A stretch of DNA of 49,132 bases from an uncultured Clostridia bacterium (GTDB lineage: Bacteria > Bacillota > Clostridia > Oscillospirales > Ruminococcaceae). This document shows, one piece after another, positions 1 through 9,157 of the stretch. The stretch is from assembly GCA_947631585.1 (NCBI GenBank), contig CANRLY010000001.1, positions 1 through 49,132 of the forward strand. The letters are read 5' to 3'. A program made the position numbers and the translations under genes. Numbering within the stretch: position 1 is the first letter of the stretch; every line of letters starts with the position of its first letter. The notes below the pieces were generated by a model. The model was not told the origin of the DNA. It did not search any database and saw only the letters and a program-made list of their open reading frames with translations.

Positions 1-2
1 GC

Positions 3-161
3 TGTATTGGTTGCAGAATGTGCGAGAGGAAGTGTCCCACCGGAGCGGTCAAAGTAGAGAACAACTTTGCAAAGATCGACTATTCCAAGTGTATCGGCTG
101 CGGTCAGTGCGTAGAAGCGTGCAAAATGGGCGCAATAGCCTATGTGACAGAGGCAAGATAA
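3..161 (+). CDS. 4Fe-4S dicluster ferredoxin-domain protein, C-terminal fragment (5' end outside window)
   Basis: Frame 3 reads CIGCRMCERKCPTGAVKVENNFAKIDYSKCIGCGQCVEACKMGAIAYVTEAR then TAA at 159-161. It carries two CxxCxxCxxxC cluster motifs. It is absent from the ORF track because no start codon lies in the window. Confidence 0.75.
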   Translation, partial: CIGCRMCERKCPTGAVKVENNFAKIDYSKCIGCGQCVEACKMGAIAYVTEAR

Positions 162-905
162 TTAGAGGCAAGAGGCAAGAGAGCCCCTGCTAGAAGCAAG
201 AAAATTAGAGGCAAGAGGCAAGAGAGCCCCACCCCCTCGCAACTTCGTTGCGTTTCCCCCTCCCCATTAGGAGGGGGATTCTTATGCGGCGGCTCCGCCG
301 CCGCAACGGTGACCTCGCTGCACCGCAGGTAGTTGGAATTACGCATTAGGGCAGCAAAGCCGCCCTAATCTTGCATCTTGCCTCTCGTTATCTTGCTTCT
401 AGCGGCTGCGGCAAGAAAGCCCCACCCTGCTAGAGGCAAGAAATTTAGAAGCAAGAGGCAAGAGAGCCACACCCCTGCTAGAAGCAAGAAATTTAGAAGC
501 AAGAGGCAAGAAAGCCCCACCCCCTAACGGCTAACGCCGTTTTCCCCCTCCCCATTGGGAGGGGGATTTTTATGCGGCGGCAAAGCCGCCGTACCGGTGA
601 CCCAACTGCACCGCAGGTTGTTGGGGCTGCATAGTCGGGCGGCTGGATAGCCAGCGATTAATTTGTTATAGCTGCGCCCACTTATAAAAAGTATTCCCCT
701 CTCCGTCAGCTGACGCTGACACCTCTCCCCAATCTGGGGAGAGGATATCGGGCGGCAAAGCCGCCGCAATCTTGCCTCTTGCTTCTAGCAGCTGAGGCAA
801 GAAGCAAGAAAGCCACCCCATTGGGGTGGCTGTGCGGCGGCTTTGCCGCAACGGTGAACACACTGCACCGCAGTTTTTCAATTCACGCAGTCGCCCTCTA
901 ACCTC
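139..905. repeat. Composite non-coding repeat tract: 48-nt direct units, inverted partial copies and reiterated three-hairpin modules
   Basis: 48-nt units (CTGCTAGAAGCAAGAAATTTAGAAGCAAGAGGCAAGARAGCCMCACCC) lie at ~139-186 (partial), 187-236, 427-474 and 475-523. Inverted partial copies lie at 367-403 and 768-790. Two ~100-nt direct copies of a hairpin module lie at 236-336 and 524-624 (CCCCCTCC/GGAGGGGG, GCGGCGG/CCGCCGC, GGTGACC..CTGCACCGCAGG), with a degenerate third at ~811-880. Confidence 0.8.
811..831 (-). terminator. Probable intrinsic terminator of the M23 peptidase gene
   Basis: Hairpin AGCCACCCC-ATT-GGGGTGGCT. On the minus strand it is followed by the T-rich TTCTTGCTTCTTGCC. It lies ~95 nt downstream of the stop at 925. 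Confidence 0.5.
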
Positions 906-924
906 TAACAGCCTTGCGCTGCCT

Positions 925-2064
925 CTATCGGCTGCCGAAGATCGCCTGGGGGTCGGTGTACTCGCCGGAGTATTTTACCAGCAGATGGAGATGGTTGCCG
1001 GTGGAGTACCCGGTGCTGCCTACGCTTCCCACCTGGTCGCCCTGGCGGACGGTGTCGCCGGGTCTTACCGCTATGGACGAAAGGTGCGCATAGCCCGTTA
1101 CAAAGCCGTTTCCGTGGTCTATTTGAACATAATTTCCAAAGCCGGTGTCGTCCTCTCCGGCAAAGGTCACAACGCCGTCGGCGGCGGAATACACCGGTGT
1201 TCCGAAGTCGGCGGCGTAATCCGTGCCGTTGTGGAAGCTGTCGTCAAATTCCCGATAGCCGAAAGTTGAGCTTACATAGCAGGGGGCGTCGGCAAGGGGA
1301 AAGATAAAGCCGCCGTAAACTTCCGCCTTGTCGGCAGGAAGGCTGACAGGCACCCTTTCCCCCACAAGCACCAGTTTATCCTGCTTTTTCTCAACTTCCG
1401 TCCGGCTGATAAGTTCTTCTGAGACGGTCTTGCCGTTTATCTCAGTGACACGGTAAACTGACAGCAGCAGTCCGTCTTTGCCCTCGGCGACGGTGACGGT
1501 ATCCCCCAGAAAGACTTTATCTGAGGGCGTTTGGATAACTTCCGCTTTTTCGGCGGAATACCGGCTCTCACAGCGGACGGTCTTAACTGACAGCTCCAGA
1601 CGGGAAAGTATCTCCCCGGCAAAGCTGCTTTGGGAAACGAGTATGAATTTCCCCTCGAAGGTCAGTGTATCGGCAAGTTCTGCGCCTTCGCCGAAGCTTT
1701 CCACCTTTTCTCTCACGGCGGAATTTACCGCATTTTTATCCTTCTCTGAGACCAGCCCCACCGAACTTCCGTTGAACTTCACCTCATATCCGTAAATATA
1801 TTTCTCTTCCACATCTTCCTCGAACACCGCTTTCGGCTGGGACGCAAAGCTGGGCGGCAAAGTTACCAGTATCTCCGTAACTTCGCCCTCCTCTGCCTCC
1901 CAAGGTGCGGCTGCCGGAGCAGGAGCGGCGGGCAGGTCTGCCGGCTCGGAGAGCTCCGCTCCTGCTCCGGCGGTCATTGCTATCGCAGCAGCTAAAATCA
2001 GCCGCTTTTTAAACCGTTTGATGCTAAAGACCCCTTTCTGTTTCAAAACGGTAACAATTACCAA
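925..2064 (-). CDS. Secreted M23 family metallopeptidase with G5-like domain
   Basis: The C-terminus has M23 motifs (HNGTDYAA, GNYVQIDHGNGFVTGYAHL, STGYSTGNHLHL). An upstream G5-like segment reads GKDGLLLSVYRVTEINGKTVSEELISRTEVEKKQDKLVLVG. The N-terminus is a hydrophobic signal-like region. The exact start is uncertain: TTG at 2064 has no SD, and an AAAGGGG SD lies further in. Confidence 0.9.
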   Translation of the reverse strand: MVIVTVLKQKGVFSIKRFKKRLILAAAIAMTAGAGAELSEPADLPAAPAPAAAPWEAEEGEVTEILVTLPPSFASQPKAVFEEDVEEKYIYGYEVKFNGSSVGLVSEKDKNAVNSAVREKVESFGEGAELADTLTFEGKFILVSQSSFAGEILSRLELSVKTVRCESRYSAEKAEVIQTPSDKVFLGDTVTVAEGKDGLLLSVYRVTEINGKTVSEELISRTEVEKKQDKLVLVGERVPVSLPADKAEVYGGFIFPLADAPCYVSSTFGYREFDDSFHNGTDYAADFGTPVYSAADGVVTFAGEDDTGFGNYVQIDHGNGFVTGYAHLSSIAVRPGDTVRQGDQVGSVGSTGYSTGNHLHLLVKYSGEYTDPQAIFGSR

Positions 2065-2096
2065 TGCAATCGTTACAGAATGGTTACAATGGTTAC

Positions 2097-2124
2097 ATTA
2101 TAGCATCAGCTTTTTTATTGTCAA
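2097..2124 (-). promoter_or_regulatory. Sigma-A type promoter for the peptidase gene
   Basis: The minus strand reads TTGACA (2124-2119), a 16-nt spacer ending in TGc, then TATAAT (2102-2097). Three GTAAC(C/G)ATT direct repeats follow immediately. Confidence 0.6.
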
Positions 2125-2347
2125 GGTCGAAAAAGGGGATAGGAAAATATTTTCAGAAAAATTGTGCAAAATACTTGCTCCGGAAGCGGAAAATTTGTTA
2201 AACTTTCACAAAGGTCAGGTTGGAAAACTTCGCCAGCACCCGAACTATACTATTATAAATGTATTTCCCCCGGCAGCAGCCTTTTGTGAAATTTGCACAG
2301 CTTTATCACACGTTTGTAAAAAAATTTTCGTAAACGTTTGCGAAATC

Positions 2348-2376
2348 TTGACACGGGCAGGTCTATTTGTTATAAT
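2348..2376 (+). promoter_or_regulatory. Consensus sigma-A promoter of the ABC super-operon
   Basis: TTGACA (2348-2353), a 17-nt spacer ending in TGT, then TATAAT (2371-2376). This predicts a ~180-nt leader before the ATG at 2566. Confidence 0.65.
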
Positions 2377-2565
2377 TAAGATTAGCTAAGTATCTCTAAT
2401 TTGAACAAAACACATAATTTTTTACGAAAATATTGCCTTGTAATTAGTGTTTTTCAACAAATAATCAATATCTTGTACCGCTCCTTGAGCTTTGTAACAA
2501 GATATGTCGTCCGTTATCAATTTGCACAAAAAAATTTAAAATTTGTGCTGTGGGAGCTTTTGCGT

Positions 2566-3246
2566 ATGGCTGAAATTATTTTATCCGCTGACTGGGTGTG
2601 CAGGGATTTCAAGATCGGCGACGGCAGCGTCGTGAACGCACTGAAAAACGTCAACGTGCAGGTGGAAAAGGGAACTCTGACTATCCTGCGGGGACGCTCC
2701 GGAAGCGGCAAGACAACTCTCATCAATATCCTTGGCGCTCTCGACAGGCCAACCAGCGGTTCGGTGGTCTTTCAGGGGGAGGATATCACCGCTATGTCCG
2801 AAAAAAAGCGTGATGAGCTGAGAAGATTCAAAATGGCTTTCGTGTTCCAGTCGGTGGCGCTCATCTCCTCTATGACCGCTTACGAAAACGTGGAGTTCGG
2901 GCTGAGGCTGGCTAAGTACCCCTACGACCAGCGGGCGCAAAGAGCCGGGGAAGTCCTGAAAAACGTGGGACTTGAAAAAAGAATGTTCCACCGGCCGGGG
3001 GAAATGTCCGGCGGCGAACAGCAGAGAGTGGCTATCGCAAGGGCTGTTGCTCACGAGCCGGATCTGGTGTTCGCAGACGAACCTACCGCTGAACTGGATA
3101 CGGCTACGGGTCTGCACGTGGTGAAGCTTTTCAAAGAATTGGTGGCTAAACATAATATGACCATCATAATGACTACCCACGATCCCAGCATGATAGATAT
3201 TGCCGACAAGGTATATACTCTGGAGGACGGTGAGATAGTTGAGTGA
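2566..3246 (+). CDS. ABC transporter ATP-binding protein, MacB/LolD-like (NBD1)
   Basis: Walker A GRSGSGKTT, the LGALDRPTSG motif typical of the MacB/LolD/FtsE clade, signature MSGGEQQRVAIARA, Walker B LVFADEPT. The start is moved to the ATG at 2566 (GGGAG SD upstream). The track ORF from 2401 adds an AT-rich non-protein-like leader. Confidence 0.9.
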   Translation: MAEIILSADWVCRDFKIGDGSVVNALKNVNVQVEKGTLTILRGRSGSGKTTLINILGALDRPTSGSVVFQGEDITAMSEKKRDELRRFKMAFVFQSVALISSMTAYENVEFGLRLAKYPYDQRAQRAGEVLKNVGLEKRMFHRPGEMSGGEQQRVAIARAVAHEPDLVFADEPTAELDTATGLHVVKLFKELVAKHNMTIIMTTHDPSMIDIADKVYTLEDGEIVE

Positions 3247-4195
3247 AGCTGTTGTTCAGGAAACTCTGGAACAGACCGGCGGCGACCTGATGATAAGCTG
3301 CGAAAATCTTGTGAAGATCTACAAGACAGACGAGATAGAAGTCGTGGCGCTGCAAGGGCTGGATCTGGAAATCAAAAAAGGCGAACTTATGGCGATAGTC
3401 GGGAACTCGGGAAGCGGCAAGTCTACGCTGCTCAATATGCTGGGCGGTCTCGACAAGCCGTCCGCAGGAAGCTTGTTCGTGGACGGGAAAAACCTGCTGA
3501 AGTTCTCAGACAAGGACTACATGGACTATAAACGGAATACCGTGGGGTTCGTGTGGCAGAACAATGCAAGGAATCTGATACCTTACCTGACGGCGGTGCA
3601 GAACGTGGAAATGCCCATGCTGCTCAAAGGCACTAAGGCAAGACGGAAAAAAGCCGAGAGCCTGCTGGAAAAGGTGGGGCTGGGAGAAAGGAAAAATTCA
3701 CGGCTGGATCAGATGTCGGGCGGTGAGCAGCAAAGAGTCGCTATTGCGATAGCTCTTGCCAACGACCCAAAACTGCTCCTTGCCGATGAGCCTACCGGTT
3801 CGGTGGACACTAAGACTTCCAGGGTGATACTGGATATATTCAAGGAGCTTAACCGGACGGAAGGTATAACCATAGTGATAGTTACCCACGACGTCAAGCT
3901 GGCAAGAAACATTGACAGAGTGGTGGCGATAAGAGACGGGCGGACTTCCTCGGAGATAATCAGGAAAAAATCCTACGTTGAGGAACTTAACGAGATGGGC
4001 GACATCGTAATGGTGGAAAAGCCCGACGACGAGGAGGACGACGAACAAAGAGAAGAATTGGTGGTGCTCGACAGGACGGGTCGGGTGCAGCTGCCAAGAG
4101 AGTACCTGGACGCTCTTGGGATCAAGGGCGGAGGAAAGGTCAGGGCGGAACTGGACAGCGACAACAGCCGCATAGTTATTTTCAGGTCCGATTGA
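3239..4195 (+). CDS. ABC transporter ATP-binding protein, MacB/LolD-like, with acidic linker and AbrB/SpoVT-like C-terminal domain (NBD2)
   Basis: Walker A GNSGSGKST, LGGLDKPSAG, signature MSGGEQQRVAIAIA, Walker B LLLADEPT. The tail reads DDEEDDEQREELVVLDRTGRVQLPREYLDALGIKGGGKVRAELDSDNSRIVIF. The TTG at 3239 overlaps the NBD1 stop; the ATG at 3290 is an alternative start. Confidence 0.85.
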   Translation: MSEAVVQETLEQTGGDLMISCENLVKIYKTDEIEVVALQGLDLEIKKGELMAIVGNSGSGKSTLLNMLGGLDKPSAGSLFVDGKNLLKFSDKDYMDYKRNTVGFVWQNNARNLIPYLTAVQNVEMPMLLKGTKARRKKAESLLEKVGLGERKNSRLDQMSGGEQQRVAIAIALANDPKLLLADEPTGSVDTKTSRVILDIFKELNRTEGITIVIVTHDVKLARNIDRVVAIRDGRTSSEIIRKKSYVEELNEMGDIVMVEKPDDEEDDEQREELVVLDRTGRVQLPREYLDALGIKGGGKVRAELDSDNSRIVIFRSD

Positions 4196-4285
4196 CCGCA
4201 ATTAATAACTTTTTTACACCGATGCCGGTAAAAATATATCGGGAGATTTCCCGAAAAGGCAAATTTCTATGAAAGGTGGATCACA

Positions 4286-7222
4286 GTGAAAAACAAAAAG
4301 CTAAAGCGTCTGACGGCTGCTTTGCTCGCAGTTGCCATGTGCGTGGGCACAGTCCCTGCTGCGTTTGCGGCGGAAGATACCGATTCCGGGCAGGATACCG
4401 CTGCTACGGATAACAGCATTATCTCCGCCGATGATATCGACGCTTCCAACAGGGAAAATTCTTACAGCGCATACCTGGACAGAAACAGCGGCGCTGCAAG
4501 ACCGGATCAGGAGATCATGATTTACGGAAAGGATTACAAGGACCCCACCGAAGAAACGGTAGTCAGCGTCGATGATGTGGACGGCGTTTCCCAGGTAATG
4601 AAGTGGGAGAGCCAGTCCGGTCAGGTGTCCTTTACGGTGGACGTCCCGCAGGCGGGTCTTTACAACATAGAGGCCAGCTATGAGGCTCTTGCAGGAAACA
4701 CCAATACCGTTGAGCTGACATTGGCGATAAACGGAGAGATACCTTACACCACGGCTACCCGTATCACCCTGCCTAAAGTGTGGGTGGATAAAAACGAGAT
4801 AGCTAAGGATATCCATGACAACGATATCCGTCCCGGTCAGGTGGAATCGGTAAGATGGCAGAAAACTCCTCTGAAAGATATCGACGGTCTGTTCAACGAA
4901 CCGCTGGCTTTCTACTTCGAGGCAGGAGAAAATACCATCACCATAAACTCCGACAGAGCGGCTTTCGCACTGGAATATCTCAAGCTCTACAACGAAAAGG
5001 AACTGCCGCTGTATTCCGCTCCCAGTGAGTCGGAGATAGCTTCGGCAAACGGTCAGAGAATACTTATCGAGGGCGAAAAGGCTGCCTATAAAAACGACAG
5101 GTCCCTTTACCCCACCTCGGACAGGACTTCCTACATGACTTCCCCTGCCGACCCGACCAAGACCAGATACAATACCATCGGCAAGGATAACTGGAACCAG
5201 GCTACTCAGTCGATAACCTGGGAGTTCGATGTGGAAACTGCCGGATACTATAAAATAGGTATCAGAGCAAGACAGGATTCCATGAGAGGTCTTTATTCCA
5301 ACAGACGACTCTACATAGACGATGTAGTTCCCAACAGGGAATCCAACCAGATAAAATTCTACTACAATACCGAGTGGGACGTTGTTTACCCGGAGGACGG
5401 CAACGGAGAGCCTATGTACTATTACCTGGACGCAGGCAAACATAAGCTCACGCTGGAAGCTATCCCCGGCGAGATAGGCGAGATCATGGACGAACTGGAA
5501 GGAATAGTTTACCAGATCACTTCCTACTACAGAAGAATAAGAGAGATCACAGGACCTTCCCCCGACGAGTACAACGATTATAAGATAGATAAGTCTATAC
5601 CCACTATCGTGGACGACTTTAAGTCTTACAGCAAGAGACTCAGGGAATTGCAGGCGGAGATTGAAAAGCTCTCCGGAGCTGACGGCGGTTCTGAAGCGGT
5701 AACGCTGGATAAAATGGCAATAGTGCTGGATAAGTGTACCGAAAGGGTCTACAGGATACCAAGCCTGCTCCAGCAGATAAAAGATAATATCTCGGCTGTG
5801 TCCTCCTGGATGCAGACTTACAGAGGTCAGGCTCTGGAACTTGATTTCATAGAACTGACTACCTCCGACCAGGAGTTCACTACCACTAAGAAGAGCTTCT
5901 TCAAATCGCTGGGATTCGGATTCAAGGCGTTCATCGGTTCTTTCTTCGAGGACTATAACTCGCTTTCCGAGGACGGAGAAAATTCCATCACAGTCTGGGT
6001 TTCGCTGGGACGTGACCAGGCACAGGTTGTAAAACAGCTGGTCGACAACGAATTTAACCCGACTTCTGATACCAAGGCGGCTATAAACCTGGTACAGGGC
6101 GGTATCGTTGAGGCTACCCTGGCAGGAAAGGGTCCGGACGTGGCGCTGTTTATCGGAGGAGACTTCCCGATACAGCTTGCCGCACGAGGGGTGCTCACAG
6201 ACCTTACTCAGTTCCCTGACTATGAGGACGCTATCAAGAACTTCACGGAGACCGCTCCGGTGCTGTATACTTACAACGACGGCGTTTACGGTCTGCCGGT
6301 GAGCCAGACGTTCCCGATGCTGTTCTACAGAAAGGATATACTCCAGAGCTACGGCATAGACCCGGAGACCGACCTGGAGACCTGGGAGGACTTCATAGAC
6401 GTGCTTCCCGTTATCCAGAGAAACTACATGGCGGCTGGTCTGGTGCTTCAAGCTAATATAGTGGTAAACGGCGTTACTACAGTTCCTACTACCACTGAAG
6501 CAGGAAATACTTTCGCAACACTGCTTCTGCAAAGAGGTCTTAACTTCTACAACGATGACAAGACCGCTACTACTTTCGATTCTCAGGACGCTATCGAGGC
6601 GTTCGAGATGTGGACCAAGTTCTACACCACCTACAGCTTCGACCAGACCTACGACCCGTTCACAAGATTCAGAACAGGCGATATGCCTATACTTATCAAC
6701 GGATATACTTTCTTTAACCAGCTGTCGGTGGCAGCTCCTGAAATAAAGGGCTGCTGGGACTTCATGCAGATACCCGGAACCCGCAGACCTGACGGAACTG
6801 TCAGCCATGCGTCCTGCTCGTCAGGTTCGGGAGCTATCATTTTCGACGCCTGCGAGGACCAGCAGGCAGCATGGGAATTTATCAAGTGGTTCACTTCCAC
6901 CGAAACACAGGTGGCTTACGGAAACGACATCGAGGCTCTGATGGGAACGATGGGACGTTTCGATACCGCCAACAAGGAAGCGCTGAAACGTCTGTCATGG
7001 TCGCAGACCGAACTTGACAAGCTGGAAGCGCAGATGGACGAACAGGTGGAAATACCTATAATCCCTGCAACATACGCTGTTACGAGAAACCTGACAAACG
7101 CATTCAGGACGGTCGTAAACGACGCCGAAAACCCGAGAGATACGCTTATCTGGTACAACAAGGATATCAACGCTGAGATCACCAGAAAGCTCGAGGACCT
7201 CGGACTGTATTCATCAAATTAA
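4286..7222 (+). CDS. Giant extracellular solute-binding protein (family-1 SBP domain) fused to two N-terminal CBM6/35-like modules
   Basis: GTG start with an AAAGGTGGA SD. The signal peptide ends in AFA. Two jelly-roll-like segments are present (SQSGQVSFTVDVPQAGLYNIEASY.., TQSITWEFDVETAGYYKIGIRAR..LDAGKHKLTLEA). The C-terminal ~430 aa look like a sugar-type SBP (WVSLGRDQAQV.., FYRKDIL.., INGYTFFNQL..). Confidence 0.85.
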   Translation: MKNKKLKRLTAALLAVAMCVGTVPAAFAAEDTDSGQDTAATDNSIISADDIDASNRENSYSAYLDRNSGAARPDQEIMIYGKDYKDPTEETVVSVDDVDGVSQVMKWESQSGQVSFTVDVPQAGLYNIEASYEALAGNTNTVELTLAINGEIPYTTATRITLPKVWVDKNEIAKDIHDNDIRPGQVESVRWQKTPLKDIDGLFNEPLAFYFEAGENTITINSDRAAFALEYLKLYNEKELPLYSAPSESEIASANGQRILIEGEKAAYKNDRSLYPTSDRTSYMTSPADPTKTRYNTIGKDNWNQATQSITWEFDVETAGYYKIGIRARQDSMRGLYSNRRLYIDDVVPNRESNQIKFYYNTEWDVVYPEDGNGEPMYYYLDAGKHKLTLEAIPGEIGEIMDELEGIVYQITSYYRRIREITGPSPDEYNDYKIDKSIPTIVDDFKSYSKRLRELQAEIEKLSGADGGSEAVTLDKMAIVLDKCTERVYRIPSLLQQIKDNISAVSSWMQTYRGQALELDFIELTTSDQEFTTTKKSFFKSLGFGFKAFIGSFFEDYNSLSEDGENSITVWVSLGRDQAQVVKQLVDNEFNPTSDTKAAINLVQGGIVEATLAGKGPDVALFIGGDFPIQLAARGVLTDLTQFPDYEDAIKNFTETAPVLYTYNDGVYGLPVSQTFPMLFYRKDILQSYGIDPETDLETWEDFIDVLPVIQRNYMAAGLVLQANIVVNGVTTVPTTTEAGNTFATLLLQRGLNFYNDDKTATTFDSQDAIEAFEMWTKFYTTYSFDQTYDPFTRFRTGDMPILINGYTFFNQLSVAAPEIKGCWDFMQIPGTRRPDGTVSHASCSSGSGAIIFDACEDQQAAWEFIKWFTSTETQVAYGNDIEALMGTMGRFDTANKEALKRLSWSQTELDKLEAQMDEQVEIPIIPATYAVTRNLTNAFRTVVNDAENPRDTLIWYNKDINAEITRKLEDLGLYSSN

Positions 7223-7241
7223 GAAAGGGGAGTAAATTCTG

Positions 7242-8198
7242 ATGGAAGATAATAATTCTGCTGTTGCTATCGGACAGGAAAAGCCGCTGAACAAGCAAAG
7301 CAAGTTTAAGTACACCCTGCATCAGATGAAGCTGAATGCCGGCTGCTACGGTCTGTTAGCGCCCTTTATGATACTGTTCACAGTGTTCATAATCATACCG
7401 GTAGTCATCTCGCTTCCTCTTGGTTTTACAAACTTCAATATGGTGGAAATGCCTAAGTTTGTGGGATTGTCTAACTTCTATACGCTGTTCCTGAACGACG
7501 ACGTTTTCATGATCGCAGTTAAAAACACTCTGGTGTTTGCGATATTCACAGGACCTTTCAGTTATGCGCTGAGCTTCTTTATTGCATGGCTCATAAACGA
7601 AATGCACCCCAAGCTCAAAACTTTCTTTACCTTCGTGTTCTATGCGCCGTCTATGACACCGTCGGTATACATCATCTGGCAGCTGTTCATGTCCGGCGAC
7701 TCCTACGGCTTCATCAACTCAATAATGATGGACCTGGGATTCATAAACGCTCCGGTGCAGTGGCTCACTGATACCAGATACATACTGGGCGTGGTAATAG
7801 TCGTTCAGCTGTGGATCTCCATGGGCGCAGGATTCCTTGCTATCCGTGCAGGTTTCCAGAACATAGACAAGTCAATGTACGAGGCCGGAGCTATAGAGGG
7901 TATAAGAAACAGATGGCAGGAACTTTTCCTGATAACTGTTCCCTCGATGGGACCGCAGCTGCTGTTTGCGGCAGTAATGCAGATCTCGGCAGCCTTTACG
8001 GTGGGAGCTGTAGGACAGTCTCTGGTGGGACTTCCCTCAACAGACTATGCGGCTCATACCATTATGAATCACGCTACCGACTACGGTACGATCCGTTACG
8101 AAATGGGCTACGCCTGCGCAATATGCTTTATTCTGTTTGCGGCGATGCTGCTGGTGAATAAGCTTATCACATGGCTGCTCGGCAAGTATCTTGACTAA
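7242..8198 (+). CDS. Carbohydrate ABC transporter permease (MalF/CUT1-like), pair 1
   Basis: Six hydrophobic segments. The EAA-loop-like region is YEAGAIEGIRNRWQELFLITVPSMGP. Confidence 0.9.
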   Translation: MEDNNSAVAIGQEKPLNKQSKFKYTLHQMKLNAGCYGLLAPFMILFTVFIIIPVVISLPLGFTNFNMVEMPKFVGLSNFYTLFLNDDVFMIAVKNTLVFAIFTGPFSYALSFFIAWLINEMHPKLKTFFTFVFYAPSMTPSVYIIWQLFMSGDSYGFINSIMMDLGFINAPVQWLTDTRYILGVVIVVQLWISMGAGFLAIRAGFQNIDKSMYEAGAIEGIRNRWQELFLITVPSMGPQLLFAAVMQISAAFTVGAVGQSLVGLPSTDYAAHTIMNHATDYGTIRYEMGYACAICFILFAAMLLVNKLITWLLGKYLD

Positions 8199-8213
8199 GG
8201 AGGTGGAGACGAA

Positions 8214-9110
8214 ATGGCAAATCATAAAAAGAAAAAGGATATCAATGAACTGAAAGTCAAGGATAAACGCAAAAGAATAAACGGAAGCCTGGGCGGAGAT
8301 ATCGTTATCTTCATATTCCTGGCGCTGTTGGGAATATTCATGGTGTTCCCCCTTTACTACGCAATAATCCAGTCTTTCAAACCTATCGAGGAGCTTTTCG
8401 TTTTCCCGCCTAAGCTCTATGTGCTTCGTCCCACAATGAGGAACTACTCGGATATGTTCAAGGTGGCAAGCAGCTTGTGGGTGCCGCTTTCAAGATACAT
8501 ATTCAACAGTGCGTTCGTAACTGTCGTGGTATCAGTGGCAAACATCTTCGTCTGCTGCTGTGCGGCGTTCCCTCTTGCAAAGTGCAAATTCCCCGGAGCG
8601 CAGCTTATCAATAAAATAGTAGTTACTGCGCTGTTGTTCACATCTTCTGCAATGTGGATCATTCAGTTCCTGGTAATGGCAGTGCTGGGCATGATAGATA
8701 CCTACTGGGCTCTTATCCTCCCAAGCGTTGCAACGGCAATGGGACTGTTCCTTATGAGACAGAGCATGACGACTATCCACGACTCGATGATAGAAGCGGC
8801 TAAGGTGGACGGCGCAGGTCTGTTCAGGATCTGCTGGACCATCGTAATGCCAAACTCAAAACCGGCACTTATGACACTTCTGATCTTCGCTTTCCAGGGA
8901 GCCTGGAATATCCAGGGCGGCGCTCTTATCTATTCGGAAGAGCTCAAGACCCTCCCTACTATAATGAACCAGATCTCTGCCGCAGGTATCGCAAGACAGG
9001 GCGTTACCTTCGCAACGGCGGTTATCCTGATGATACCTCCTCTGCTGGTGTTCCTTATCGCTCAGAACAACGTTATGGAAACAATGGCAAACTCCGGTAT
9101 CAAGGATTGA
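8214..9110 (+). CDS. Carbohydrate ABC transporter permease (MalG/CUT1-like), pair 1
   Basis: Polytopic membrane protein. EAA loop IEAAKVDGAGLFRICWTIVMPNSKPAL. Confidence 0.9.
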   Translation: MANHKKKKDINELKVKDKRKRINGSLGGDIVIFIFLALLGIFMVFPLYYAIIQSFKPIEELFVFPPKLYVLRPTMRNYSDMFKVASSLWVPLSRYIFNSAFVTVVVSVANIFVCCCAAFPLAKCKFPGAQLINKIVVTALLFTSSAMWIIQFLVMAVLGMIDTYWALILPSVATAMGLFLMRQSMTTIHDSMIEAAKVDGAGLFRICWTIVMPNSKPALMTLLIFAFQGAWNIQGGALIYSEELKTLPTIMNQISAAGIARQGVTFATAVILMIPPLLVFLIAQNNVMETMANSGIKD

Positions 9111-9157
9111 TATAGGAATGAAAGTCAGATCAAATCATAAAAGGAAACAGGTGATAA

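Noticed and set aside
139-905. Possible CRISPR array because of reiterated ~48-nt units
   Set aside because: The units are directly adjacent or separated by hairpin modules rather than by unique spacers of constant length. Inverted copies are present. No cas genes or leader occur in the window.
2018-2565. ORF 2018-2389 (123 aa) and the N-terminal 55 residues of track ORF 2401-3246
   Set aside because: They span the divergent promoter region. The sequences are AT-rich, non-protein-like and contain the TTGACA-17-TATAAT promoter itself. The ABC ATPase homology begins only at the ATG at 2566, which has its own SD.
4301-6808. 835-aa ORF on the minus strand, antisense to the solute-binding protein gene
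   Set aside because: It lies entirely inside a gene with clear SBP/CBM motifs. Its translation is low-complexity (R/S/V/L rich) with no motif, start context or SD. It is a typical stop-free shadow frame.
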